A DNA stretch of 63,792 nucleotides, filler included, from Octopus bimaculoides (lineage: Eukaryota), in NCBI RefSeq assembly GCF_001194135.2. It is 5 parts of 5 records of this genome, joined end to end, with 100 filler letters (N's around TTAATTAATTAA, not from the genome) between each part and the next. Parts side by side here need not be neighbours in the genome. Positions count along the whole stretch, not along the records: positions 1 to 30,167 come from NC_068987.1; 4 more parts are not named here. One strand, written 5' to 3'. Positions 1 to 12,261 of the stretch are shown piece by piece. Positions within the stretch are counted from its first letter, which is position 1. Every line of letters starts with the position of its first letter. Both the position numbers and the translations under genes were made by a program. The notes under the pieces were generated by a model. That model made no database searches, was not told the DNA's origin, and saw only the letters and a list, made by a program, of their open reading frames with translations.

Positions 1-35
1 GGACAGTGGTTTTGTTAGCAAGGACATTTGTGTCC

Positions 36-105
<70 letters not shown>

Positions 106-271
106 CACTGGTTACGTTGGCAGGCAAGACTGCTGTAGCAGCAGAGTTTTTCTTTTTCTCCATTCTCTCCTTTAACTGTGAGGAAGAAAGACTAGGAAAT
201 CCTTTTTCGAACGAAACACTGTAGAATGCAGCGTTCGTTTCACAAAAATTTTCATGGCTACAAGACGCCAT
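1..271 (-). CDS. Probable first coding exon (partial, open at window edge) of an unidentified protein with poly-Asn/poly-Ser tract
   Basis: ATG at 271 in good context (ACG-ATG-G). Frame is open to base 2: MASCSHENFCETNAAFYSVSFEKGFPSLSSSQLKERMEKKKNSAATAVLPANVTSD-N11-S9-NNKDTNVLANKTTV. Complex sequence flanks in-frame (AAC)11(AGC)9; possible acceptor TTTCCAG at 320. Not in the ORF track (no stop in window). No family recognised. Confidence 0.5.
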
Positions 272-485
272 CGTCTCAAAAAAAAAAATGGCTAGAAAGC
301 CGAAATTGGTTTTTATATCCTGGAAATGTGCCACACAGGGCAGATTTCCGTCGCAAAAAACTTGCACCAGAGAGTCTACAAGTTGTTATACAACTTTGTA
401 TATAAAATAAACTTTACAAACAAACTTTTTAAAACATGAAAAAGTCAAAACTTACGGAGCCGACACGTCTACCGTCTGTCCATAG

Positions 486-486
<1 letters not shown>

Positions 487-550
<64 letters not shown>
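487..550. repeat. (GATA)n microsatellite
   Basis: Perfect GATA run; further GATA runs at ~15650-15720, ~15955-16005, ~20388-20437, ~29200-29262. Confidence 0.95.
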
Positions 551-1411
551 TAATATATAATAGCAATTGTCTTCATGTTTCGGCTGCATTCTGCAAACTA
601 GTCGGTGTTGAGTAGGATTTGTTCAAAGTGTTATTACATGCGTGTTCTTCAATCTAGAATAAAAAGAAAAAAGCAAAGCTTACTGGTCAACTGATCAGAT
701 GTATAATAATGATAAACTAAAGTTACAATAACATAGCGCAGGGCAGGTATAACTGCCTCTCCTATAAACGTCTCAAAACTTCTGGAATGTACGTCGTAAG
801 TTCATTATTGTTGTATTAAGTTGTTCTGTAGATGAAATCTAATCTAATCAATTTCTAATTTCCAACGAAAAATGATATGCCAAATATTAAGTTCCATCAC
901 GTGTTTTCGTTTACCTTTAATTAAAAAGGTTCGATGGAGAGTAATGGAGACTATTTATGGATTAAAAATGTGTCAAAAAGTTTCTTGAACGAAACAAGAA
1001 AATAACTGTTGTAATTCCAAAGGAATTAATGCCAATTCGTCAGCGTCACTAAGTAAACCTAAATAAACAATAATTTGCTTGATGAAGAAAATCTTCCGCA
1101 AAAAGTGATAATGCGCATGCTCCACAACTGGACGTGTTGTGCGGTTTTGTGATAAAGATTTTGAACGGCGTTCATATAGAAACTGTCATAAAATCATTAA
1201 AGACATTTTAATATTTCAAATACAATAAACAGGAAAGAAGAATATTTCTTACAGCAAGAAAATAACGAAGGGAAAAGTAACAAAAATTCCAAAGAAAATA
1301 ATGGTAACTTCCATTGTTTCTGATCCGTATGCCGTCCGCTTTATTGCATAGTAATATTTGATACTGCTTTTATTCTGTTTAGAATGTCAAGAGCATTGTC
1401 TGAATGTAATT

Positions 1412-1625
1412 CGAAGGTCCAATGGACCCATACGGTAATTAATGTATAAAGTGAAATTTTCTAGATTTTAAAAACATACGGAAAATTTCCCATTTGACAA
1501 ATAAAAGACAGTCAAGTAAAAATAAGAGTCACAAGAAATCAGCAGAATCAAATAATATAAACAGTAAGAAAAAGCAACTGAAAAAAACTGAGATGGGTCC
1601 ATTGGACCCATTGGTAGACGAAAGG
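1412..1625. mobile_element. piggyBac-like MITE remnant (right end intact)
   Basis: Ends ...GGTAGACGAAAGG|TTAA (1626-1629); subterminal palindrome TGGGTCCA-T-TGGACCCA (~1594-1610) with an inverted counterpart GGTCCAATGGACCCA at ~1416. Left terminus degraded. Confidence 0.4.
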
Positions 1626-2315
1626 TTAAAAGATACACCCTAACACAATGAACATCTAGCACCACAAGCAACATAACATATACTACCATTGAAATTCTCT
1701 GCATATATTATACATGGGAATGAGTAAGCTAAGAGTAAATATACAAATCTGAATACACAAACATGAAATATAATATAACTACTTATGGTGCATTTGGCCT
1801 GGTTTTATACAACCCTAGCAATCTCGGTCAATTATACTTCCATTATCAACAATTTACCATCTTCATCTTAATTTACACTTTTAACATAACTTTTATGACA
1901 ACCCCCCCATCTTTACCATTATTACGATTATTATAATCACCGTCGTCTTCATTTACACCTACCTAAGAATTTCATTCCATCCTTCGTCACCATTATTCTT
2001 ATTAACATCATTATCTTTAGAATCTTCATTACTATTAATATTATTATAACTACTCTACCGTCATTCACCACCAGCAGTTTCGACATTCTCAGAACCATTA
2101 TTAACGTTATCAACAATCCAGCCACAGCAATTATCCAATAATAACACTAATATCTTAATTATGGTAATATTAATATTATTAATCATTTAATGATATTATA
2201 GATGGGATTATCCTCATAATTTTAATTATAATCACTGCGGTTGTTGTCATAAAAGTTAAGATTGTTATTAATAATAGTATTTGCGGTAATTTATATTGTT
2301 ATTATCGTCATTAGC

Positions 2316-2374
<59 letters not shown>

Positions 2375-2590
2375 GGCGGCGAGCTGGCAGAATCGTTAGT
2401 ACTTCGAGCAGAATGCTTAGCGGTATTTCACCCGTCGCTACGTTCTCAGTTCAAATTCCGCCGAGGTGGACGTTGCCTTTCATACCTTCGGGGTCGGTAT
2501 ATTAAGTACCAGTTACGCAATGGGGTCGATATAACCTATTATACCGTTCTCCCAGATTTCAGGCATTGCACCTATAGTAGAAAATACTAT
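2375..2590 (+). mobile_element. tRNA-derived SINE, family B (GGCGAGCTGGCAGAATCGTTAG head; GCCTTTCATCCTTTCGGGGTCGATAAA core)
   Basis: A/B-box-like head (TGGCAGAATCG; GTTCAAATTCC). Same sequence recurs at ~14503, ~14735, ~15227, ~15722, ~26565(-), ~28790(-), ~29422. Confidence 0.8.
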
Positions 2591-2595
2591 TATTG

Positions 2596-2659
<64 letters not shown>

Positions 2660-2679
2660 CATTATTATTATTATTATTA

Positions 2680-2746
<67 letters not shown>

Positions 2747-2748
2747 TA

Positions 2749-3035
2749 TTAAGATTATATAGGACTGAGGTAACTCCTCCAGAAGTTATACATAAATGAA
2801 AAATAGAAGAGTGTCATAGTTATGTGAAATTGGTTGAACGATATTTCGGCATCTAGCATACCTTCTATTTTTTTATTTCTGTATAACTTCTGGAGGAGTT
2901 ACCTCAGTCTTATATAATCTTAACAAAACATGAAGTAGACTGACATATAATTTTTGAACCTGTGGAAGGTACACTAGATGCTGAAATATCGTTCAACCAA
3001 TTTCACATGATAACTATGGCACTCTTCTATTTTTT
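2749..3035. mobile_element. Hammerhead-bearing ~162-nt monomer in tandem plus inverted arrangement (retrozyme or Penelope pseudo-LTR-like)
   Basis: 2749-2809 is the reverse complement of 2862-2923; 2810-2865 is the reverse complement of 2965-3023; CTTCTATTTT recurs at 2862 and 3024 (period 162). Confidence 0.65.
2954..2996 (+). ncRNA. Minimal type-I hammerhead-like ribozyme with variant core (CUGUGGA)
   Basis: TTGAAC-CTGTGGA-A-GGTA(cactaga)TGCT-GAAA-TA-TC-GTTCAA: 6-bp stem I, 4-bp stem II, GAAA, palindromic ATAT stem III, AUC cleavage triplet. U replaces the conserved A6. Confidence 0.55.
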
Positions 3036-3071
3036 TTTAATTTATTTATTTTTTATTATTATTATTATTAC

Positions 3072-3137
<66 letters not shown>

Positions 3138-3147
3138 TATTATTATT

Positions 3148-3320
3148 GTCTTTGCACAGCTTCTAACACTGGAGATATACTAGAGTGTCAGAGGGTTACG
3201 ACCTGTGAACTAAGGTAACATCCCATATTTTTCAAGCATCATCCGGAGTATTTGAACGGTTCGAAGCAGTGCTGTTTTCTGCAAATGCTCCTTATTGCAA
3301 CCATTATTTGTTCCATGTAC
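3148..3320 (-). mobile_element. R4/Dong-clade non-LTR retrotransposon, 5'-truncated 3' end
   Basis: Minus strand encodes YMEQIMVAI/EHLQKTALLRTVQILRMMLEK, resembling the LQKxALLGTARILRxVL C-terminus of R4/Dong ORFs. Short 3' UTR runs into (TAA)n, the known Dong target. Confidence 0.7.
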
Positions 3321-3331
3321 TATTATTATTA

Positions 3332-3383
<52 letters not shown>

Positions 3384-3901
3384 TTTTATTATCTATTTAT
3401 TTATCTATTTTATGTATATTATCATTAAAAACTCTTAAATACCTTTGTGTTATTACCAATAGCTAGTAACGCTATTACAGTTACTCTCGTACAACAAAAC
3501 ATGTTTGGCACCAAATATTTTTCATTTCCATTTTTTGCAATTTAATTTTCTTATTTATTATTGTACATAACCTTAAAATTAATTTTTATTACTTAGGAGA
3601 AGCTTCGGAGCTGGTGGGGATTTGCGAAATAGATTTACGTAAATTAGACTTAATTATACGTGTGCATCTGTATGTATGAGTGTACAAATATATGTCTAAG
3701 TGTATGTGTGTGTGTGCATTTATATATATATAAATGTGTGTGTGCATTTATATATATATATATATATTTATATATATGTTTGTTTTTTATGCTATAATGT
3801 TATAATGTTTGTTTTTATGTCACAGTGATAACAGTTTTACATTAAATTAAAGGATTACTCAATACATTCGGTAGAGTACAAATAATAATAATACTAATAA
3901 T

Positions 3902-3944
<43 letters not shown>

Positions 3945-4109
3945 NNNNNNNNNNNNNNNNNNNNNNNNNNNNNNNNNNNNNNNNNNNNNNNNNNNNNNNN
4001 NNNNNNNNNNNNNNNNNNNNNNNNNNNNNNNNNNNNNNNNNNNNNNNNNNNNNNNNNNNNNNNNNNNNNNNNNNNNNNNNNNNNNNNNNNNNNNNNNNNN
4101 NNNNNNNNN

Positions 4110-4184
<75 letters not shown>

Positions 4185-4595
4185 ACAGAGCTGCTAGAGT
4201 GGATACGGAAACAACTATGTGTGGATACTAACGGAAATAATGTTTTACTTTATCGTATGTTTTATTTTTATCTTGCGCATCTTAATTTTCCTAATTACAG
4301 GCTGTCTTTGTCTATAAAATCGCAACAGAATCCGTCCCTCATTATTCCTGTCTAACGGCTTAAACACACTGTTACTAGCAACATGCTGAAATTAAAACCG
4401 AGCGAAACAGGGTTTATTTATCGACATACCCCTTATAACATCGTCAGAGAAGATGCCTCGGCACCGAGGGATACCCCTACAACCACGAAGGATCGACATC
4501 CGCGAAGGATTGGTACAAGATGCGCTGAACTGATCGTTATGAGTAATAGAGTTTCTGGAATATTCCATTTTCCCATCACTATCATTTGCTATACG

Positions 4596-4964
4596 TGGCA
4601 CTCCGTCGGTTACGGCGACGTGGGTTCCAGTTGATCCGATCAACGCAACAGTCTGCTCATGAAATTGACGTGCAAGTGGCTGAGCACTCCACGGACACGT
4701 GTACCTTTAACGTAATTCTCGGGGAGATTCAGGGTGACACAGAGTGTGACAAGGCTGGCCCTTTGAAATACAGGCACAACAGAAATAGGAAGAAAGTGTG
4801 AGAGAAAGTTGTGGTGAAAGAATAGAGCAGAGTTCACCACAACCCCCGACCGAAGCCTCAGGTATTTTCGTTCAATAAACACTCACAACGCCCGTTTTGG
4901 GAATCGAAACCGAGATCCTATGACCACGAGTCCGCTGCTCTAACGACTGGGCTATTGCGCCTCC
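4596..4964 (-). mobile_element. tRNA-derived SINE, family E (~385 bp)
   Basis: High similarity to copies at 8611-8994, 45271-45656 and 53180-53444; tRNA-like head GAGGCGCAATRGCCCAGTSGTTAGRGCAGCGG. Confidence 0.85.
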
Positions 4965-5054
4965 ACATCATTTGTTATATACCTAAATGCATATGTGTGA
5001 ATGAGTAAGTGAGTGGGTATGTGTGTGTGAGTGTGCATGAGAGAGAGAGAGAGC

Positions 5055-5089
<35 letters not shown>

Positions 5090-6039
5090 TGCGAGAGAGA
5101 TAGAGAGAGCGTGACAGAGAAGAGAGCGAGAGAGAGAGAGAGAGAAAGAACGCGAGAGAGAGAGAGAGCGCGCGAGAGAGAGAGAGCGCGCGCGAGAGAG
5201 AGNNNNNNNNNNNNNNNNNNNNNNNNNNNNNNNNNNNNNNNNNNNNNNNNNNNNNNNNNNNNNNNNNNNNNNNNNNNNNNNNNNNNNNNNNNNNNNNNNN
5301 NNNNNNNNNNNNNNNNNNNNNNNNNNNNNNNNNNNNNNNNNNNNNNNNNNNNNNNNNNNNNNNNNNNNNNNNNNNNNNNNNNNNNNNNNNNNNNNNNNNN
5401 NNNNNNNNNNNNNNNNNNNNNNNNNNNNNNNNNNNNNNNNNNNNNNNNNNNNNNNNNNNNNNNNNNNNNNNNNNNNNNNNNNNNNNNNNNNNNNNNNNNN
5501 NNNNNNNNNNNNNNNNNNNNNNNNNNNNNNNNNNNNNNNNNNNNNNNNNNNNNNNNNNNNNNNNNNNNNNNNNNNNNNNNNNNNNNNNNNNNNNNNNNNN
5601 NNNNNNNNNNNNNNNNNNNNNNNNNNNNNNNNNNNNNNNNNNNNNNNNNNNNNNNNNNNNNNNNNNNNNNNNNNNNNNNNNNNNNNNNNNNNNNNNNNNN
5701 NNNNNNNNNNNNNNNNNNNNNNNNNNNNNNNNNNNNNNNNNNNNNNNNNNNNNNNNNNNNNNNNNNNNNNNNNNNNNNNNNNNNNNNNNNNNNNNNNNNN
5801 NNNNNNNNNNNNNNNNNNNNNNNNNNNNNNNNNNNNNNNNNNNNNNNNNNNNNNNNNNNNNNNNNNNNNNNNNNNNNNNNNNNNNNNNNNNNNNNNNNNN
5901 NNNNNNNNNNNNNNNNNNNNNNNNNNNNNNNNNNNNNNNNNNNNNNNNNNNNNNNNNNNNNNNNNNNNNNNNNNNNNNNNNNNNNNNNNNNNNNNNNNNN
6001 NNNNNNNNNNNNNNNNNNNNNNNNNNNTTATATATACGT

Positions 6040-6258
6040 TTGTGTATCTGCATTTGTCCCTCCAACATCGCTTGACAACCGATGTTGGTGTGTTTATGTC
6101 CCCGTAACTTACCGGTACGACAAAAGAAACAGATAGAACAAGTAGTAGGCTTACTAAGAATAAGTCGTGGGGTCGATTTGCTCGACTAAAAAAGGCGGTG
6201 CTCCAGCATGGCCACAGTCAAATGACTGAAACAAGTAAAAGAATAAAGAGTAAAGAGT
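6040..6258 (+). mobile_element. SINE family C, 3' half (head probably in the preceding gap)
   Basis: CGCTTGACAACCGATG...GGGGTCGATTTGCTCGACT...GGTGCTCCAGCATGGCCACAGTCAAATGACTGAAAC matches the full copy at 38361-38768. Confidence 0.85.
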
Positions 6259-6589
6259 ATGGCGAAGGTTTTACAATTTCTAATTAGCGGTAATGACATA
6301 CCTCGTGTTTTTATTGTTGTTCTTCGTGGTACCATTTTATTTGTTTCCGTCTCAATATTTTTGTCATTTGTTTTCTTGGTGTTTAAGAACTTTTCATTTT
6401 GTCTTCCTGTATATCACATACTATCGTCCTTCAGCCAATTCCATCTTCCTATCATTTCTTCATCCTAACGCGTGTCTTCGGGTGCCTTCGCTTTAGCGCT
6501 TGTTTCTTTGTAATTTTCGGTATTTCTTCAAGCACGTGTAGCTAAGAGAAATACCATTATTACTGTTGTTGCCGTTGTTGTTGTTATTG

Positions 6590-6600
6590 CAGTAGTAGTG

Positions 6601-6644
<44 letters not shown>

Positions 6645-6771
6645 TGTGATGGTGGTGGTGGTTGTTGTGGTTGTGGTGGTGGCGGTGGTGGTAGTGGTGG
6701 TGGTGGTGGTGGTAGTAGTAGTTGTTGTCGTCGTCGTTGTAGTAGTAGTAGTAGTAGGGGTAGTAGTTGTT

Positions 6772-6807
<36 letters not shown>

Positions 6808-6985
6808 GTAGTAGTAGCAGTAGTAGTAGTAGTAGTATCAGCAGTATTGTATTTCCTCCTTTGATATTGTCCTCAATGTCTTGGACCCCTTATGGCTATT
6901 AAAAGACATCTTTATTATAATTGTTACTATTGTTGTTGTTGCTATTATTATTATTATCATTATTATTATTATTATTATTATTATA
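6590..6985. repeat. (GTG/GTA/GTT)n and (ATT)n low-complexity tract
   Basis: Mixed trinucleotide runs; source of the poly-Val pseudo-ORF. Confidence 0.9.
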
Positions 6986-7960
6986 CGCGCCTCGGTCATT
7001 GTTTAATAAGCACGTTCTTTTGATCGTTCATTTTCTAGCTAAAAGCTTTCTTTTTAGCGGTTAAAGATATATTTGAAAGACAGCTTATTGTCCATACAAC
7101 AGTTCTCCAGAGACGCACTTGCGCACACGCACACATATGCACAAATACAAGCACCAACTCACACATAAGCATGCGCATACACATACGCACATACAAACAC
7201 ACACACAAATACACATATAGGCTAAAAGTGTACTAACAAAAACCTGACTCCATTGTCATCCATAAATATTTTTGAAACGTCTCGTTGCTTGAGTGTCTGA
7301 TAACTTTAGGATTCCTCTCAGAAGAGCGACAGAATAATTGAAGAAGGTCATTATGCAACAATGTAATGTCTTAATGCTATAAATAATACACACTTAGGAA
7401 AAGTTCAAAGATAATCCGAGTGGTGCTATGTCTTAGATNNNNNNNNNNNNNNNNNNNNNNNNNNNNNNNNNNNNNNNNNNNNNNNNNNNNNNNNNNNNNN
7501 NNNNNNNNNNNNNNNNNNNNNNNNNNNNNNNNNNNNNNNNNNNNNNNNNNNNNNNNNNNNNNNNNNNNNNNNNNNNNNNNNNNNNNNNNNNNNNNNNNNN
7601 NNNNNNNNNNNNNNNNNNNNNNNNNNNNNNNNNNNNNNNNNNNNNNNNNNNNNNNNNNNNNNNNNNNNNNNNNNNNNNNNNNNNNNNNNNNNNNNNNNNN
7701 NNNNNNNNNNNNNNNNNNNNNNNNNNNNNNNNNNNNNNNNNNNNNNNNNNNNNNNNNNNNNNNNNNNNNNNNNNNNNNNNNNNNNNNNNNNNNNNNNNNN
7801 NNNNNNNNNNNNNNNNNNNNNNNNNNNNNNNNNNNNNNNNNNNNNNNNNNNNNNNNNNNNNNNNNNNNNNNNNNNNNNNNNNNNNNNNNNNNNNNNNNNN
7901 NNNNNNNNNNNNNTGTGGGGTTGCTGTCGCGTGTGTATGTACGTGTATATGTATGTATGA

Positions 7961-8058
<98 letters not shown>

Positions 8059-8135
8059 ATATTAGACAAAATGAGATAACAAAGCCAAGACTGTGAGGGG
8101 GTTTTCAGGAGAATTATAAGGAAAAAGAAATAGAT

Positions 8136-8195
8136 ATAGTCTTACACCTGTTTCAGGGATATTATGGCTGTCCACTAGTGACCATCATTGACTAT
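8136..8195 (-). ncRNA. Decayed hammerhead-like motif in Penelope pLTR-type repeat
   Basis: Minus strand ATAGTC-AATGA-TGGTCAC...CCCT-GAAA-CAGGTG-TA-AGACTAT: stem I ATAGTC/GACTAT and GAAA-CAG(G)TG-TA junction retained, CUGAUGA core damaged. Follows a (TA)n tract. Confidence 0.4.
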
Positions 8196-8610
8196 TAAGA
8201 ACATGGTGTTGTCTGACAAACTTATACCTTGCGCTAAGTAGCTCCGCCGGTAACTAATGAGCTTACCTCGTGATAAATATACACGTGCGCATATATTGCA
8301 GACCAAGCTTACCCCAATCACTACACTAGCGGGACGTTTTCAAGCACCCCGCTTAAGTTCAGCATGAAAGTATGAGATTTTTAAGAAAGTACCCACTCCT
8401 TCCTTTACTTGTGTCTTTCATTGGTTGCGATGACAAGCATTGCTTTCCCGATCGACCTTCTATATTTCAGTAGCCTTCAACGAAGACTTTCTCACAAACC
8501 TTAATCTGTAGCCTTGATTCTTATCGGGGGCGCTTTTCTTGCATTTTGCTGTGACTCTCATTCATGCTTTTGCTGTGGATTGCTTTCCTGGGGTGTATGT
8601 GAGGTGCCAT

Positions 8611-8994
8611 TGTTGTTGGCACTCCGTCGCTTACGACGTCGAGGGTTCCAGTTGATCCGATCAACGGAACAGCCTGCTCGTGAAATTAAAGTGCAAGTGG
8701 CTGAGCACTCCACAGACACGTGTACCCTTAACCCAGTTCTCGGGGATATTCAGCGTGACACAGTGTGACAAGGCTGACCCTTTGAATTACAGGCACAACA
8801 GAAACAGGAAGTAAGAGTGAGAGAAAGTTGTGGTGGAAGAGTACAGCAGGGTTCGCCACCATCCCCTACCGGAGCCTCATGGGGCTTTTGGTGTTTTCGC
8901 TCAATAAACACTCACAACGCCCGGTCTGGGAATCGAAACTGCGATCCTATGACCACGAGTCCGCTGCCCTAACCACTGGGCCATTGCGCCTTCC
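8611..8994 (-). mobile_element. SINE family E, full length with 13-bp target-site duplication
   Basis: TGTGAGGTGCCAT at 8598-8610 and 8995-9007; (CAA)n tail. Confidence 0.9.
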
Positions 8995-9207
8995 TGTGAG
9001 GTGCCATACATACATACATACATACACACATACATACATACATACATACATACATACATGCATACATACATACATATACACATGCATCTAGAATTATCCT
9101 ATTTGATGTTGTCTAAATTCCAATGAGAAAGTTTTGTCTCTAGATCAGAAACCTTCTCTTTCACCATCGGTGAAAACTTCATCCATTTCTACCTTGTAGG
9201 TCATTAA

Positions 9208-9488
9208 CCCATTACCTACCAGTGATCTCATATGAGATCACTTAAAAATTACAAATTTCGTAATTATCTGTCAATATTTACACATATCTAACCTTTTTGC
9301 TATATCTACTAGGTATATTTCTCTGATATTCAAATGAGGTTTGCTAATTTTTCCCCCAATATCTCTATTTAAAATGTTATTTTGAAATGTTATTTTGATC
9401 ATTCCAGCGTGTTTCTGAGGCTGTTTTATGCTAGAAATCAAAGTTTCATCAAAAAATTCCAGTTAATAGAATTATGAGAGGCAATGGG
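9208..9488. mobile_element. piggyBac-like MITE (281 bp)
   Basis: TTAA at 9204-9207 and 9489-9492; TIR CCCATTACCT / CCCATTGCCT; perfect 22-bp subterminal palindrome AGTGATCTCATATGAGATCACT (9221-9242). Confidence 0.7.
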
Positions 9489-9735
9489 TTAAAATAATGC
9501 AAAATACAAGTTGCCGGGGCCGAAATAAGCAGATAAAGAATAACAATCATCAAAGGCGGTATTCCCTTCATAACAGCGAGCTAGTGAATTGAAACCAGTG
9601 CAGGAACGCAAGAAAGCAAGCATACGCTAATACAACGAAGAAAAGGAACGGTTACTCATATACATTTACTGTCAATAGTCGATTAATATTTGTACATTTA
9701 GATATATTTCATTTTTATTGTAGCGTTCTGCTAAA

Positions 9736-9862
9736 TGCGCACGCGCATCAGGCCATATTTTCTCTCCTGAAGCTGCCAAAAATCTCACAGAAGTTATGGC
9801 GTCACCTTATTCATATTCAATATTTTCAAATGAGTCCAATAACAAATCTAGCAGCCATTTTT
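9736..9862. promoter_or_regulatory. Candidate housekeeping-type promoter (NRF1-like plus three YY1-like motifs)
   Basis: TGCGCACGCGCA (9736-9747) matches NRF1 consensus; GCCATATTT (9752), ATGGCG (9796) and GCCATTTT (9854) are YY1-like; non-repeat, CpG-retaining context. Motif evidence only. Confidence 0.35.
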
Positions 9863-10676
9863 TTTTTTTAATTCACAGTTCCTACTGTTTCTTGTTTTCT
9901 TCATATAAATTGTTTGTTTGGATACGTATATATATATGTGTGTAAAGACGTACGTATGTAGATGTAAAAGTGTAGGTAGGCTTGTCGTGCGCATACGTTT
10001 ATAAATATATATATATGTAGTTTTGTATGGACATACATATATATANNNNNNNNNNNNNNNNNNNNNNNNNNNNNNNNNNNNNNNNNNNNNNNNNNNNNNN
10101 NNNNNNNNNNNNNNNNNNNNNNNNNNNNNNNNNNNNNNNNNNNNNNNNNNNNNNNNNNNNNNNNNNNNNNNNNNNNNNNNNNNNNNNNNNNNNNNNNNNN
10201 NNNNNNNNNNNNNNNNNNNNNNNNNNNNNNNNNNNNNNNNNNNNNNNNNNNNNNNNNNNNNNNNNNNNNNNNNNNNNNNNNNNNNNNNNNNNNNNNNNNN
10301 NNNNNNNNNNNNNNNNNNNNNNNNNNNNNNNNNNNNNNNNNNNNNNNNNNNNNNNNNNNNNNNNNNNNNNNNNNNNNNNNNNNNNNNNNNNNNNNNNNNN
10401 NNNNNNNNNNNNNNNNNNNNNNNNNNNNNNNNNNNNNNNNNNNNNNNNNNNNNNNNNNNNNNNNNNNNNNNNNNNNNNNNNNNNNNNNNNNNNNNNNNNN
10501 NNNNNNNNNNNNNNNNNNNNNNNNNNNNNNNNNNNNNNNNNNNNNNNNNNNNNNNNNNNNNNNNNNNNNNNNNNNNNNNNNNNNNNNNNNNNNNNNNNNN
10601 NNNNNNNNNNNNNNNNNNNNNNNNNNNNNNNNNNNNNNNNNNNNNNNNNNNNNNNNNNNNNNNNNNNNNNNNNNNN

Positions 10677-10715
<39 letters not shown>

Positions 10716-11278
10716 GTACGTACACATGTATGTATGTATATATCTTTTTCATTTTCCTACATAAAAATATAGAAACAAAAAAAAATGTTCCTAATTTTGT
10801 TATTATGCTATCATTTACTGGTTGTTTCGATTTTTGTACATTTTTCTCAATTCTACCACACCCTCTCTTCCACCCATCCGCTTCCTCCTCACCTACATTC
10901 TCTTTCATTACATCTTTCTTCTTTTACGACTCGTTCTTTTTTCATTCTCTCTTCTATTCCTCCTCTGTCTTTACATTAACATTACTGCGTTTACTTTTTT
11001 TTTTTGTTTCTTTTTTCTCTCTCCGCAATTATCTAATTCTTCATTTTCTTTATTCCATCTCTTCCTATTCTTCATTTTTTTAATTCTTCTCCATCTTCTA
11101 CTCATTCTTCTCTCCCAGTTTTCTTCTTTTTGATTCATTTTCTTTTTATTTATATTTTTCTTTCATATCTCCTCCTCTTTTGTTTTTTGTTTTTTTTGTA
11201 TATATATTTTACATTCGTTTATTATTCAATTCAACCGACATAATTTTTGTCTAACGTCCAAATCATTATATATTTATA

Positions 11279-11314
<36 letters not shown>

Positions 11315-12261
11315 AGCATACATACATACATGCACATATACATTTATACATACATAGGTACGTGCATACAAACGTACACAGACACACACACACACACACG
11401 CACACACACACACACACAAACATACACACACATTTCTTTTTGGAATCGGTTCTGTTATGGATACTTGTATTGTATTCAAAAACCATATTGTTCTTCTGTG
11501 TTTTCTTTTTCTCCTTCCTCTTTCTCAGTATAGCCTCCTCATCACCACCGTCGACACCACGATCGACATCACTATCATCATCGTAACCATAATCATCATC
11601 ATCATCATCATCATCATCGTCATTATTTCTAGTAGTAGTAGTAGTAGCAGCAGCAGTATTATTATTATCATTCTAAAAATAATTATTCACTTTCCATTTT
11701 CTTTCCATTTCTTCTCCCGTCCTTTTTTTCCTCCTTCTACAGCTTCCAGCTTCTCTCCATTCTTACATCTTCTCACTAAAATTCCCAACACCCACCACAC
11801 CGCATCCCCATCCCGCTCTCTTCTCTACTTTATCCTGTAGATATATATGTCTGTCTTTTCACCGGAACCACCTCCTCCGCTTCTTTTGTCTTGTTCGCTG
11901 TGCTTCAGCTGATTCTACGTAAGGCAACGACATTTAAACAACGTAAAATAATTAAAACGACACGAAACTAAAAATAATTATATCCATGTATGTACTTAGG
12001 TGTATATATGAGCACAGACGTGCACACAATCGTACCTACCTCCTACATTATAGATACATGCACGCATACATACACACACATATGTATGTGTGTGCTTGCG
12101 TCTGCGTATGTACGTATGTATGTGTATACAGGTGCTCCAGCATGAGCACAACCACATGGCTGAAACGAATAACAGAATAAAAGAATATATATATGTGTGT
12201 GTGTACGTAGTATATATATCTATCTATATATATATAAGTACACACACGCATACACGTGTAT

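Larger units (their letters stand above)
2315..3400. repeat. (ATT)n/(TAA)n microsatellite cluster interrupted by three inserted elements
   Basis: Four long ATT runs separated by a SINE, a hammerhead-bearing unit and an R4/Dong 3' end. Confidence 0.95.

Noticed and set aside
38-103. CTG/CAG repeat upstream of a KLHL1-family gene as an SCA8/ATXN8OS analogue
   Set aside because: About 41 kb from the exon, across scaffold joins, short, and better explained as poly-Ser/Asn coding; such repeats are ubiquitous here.
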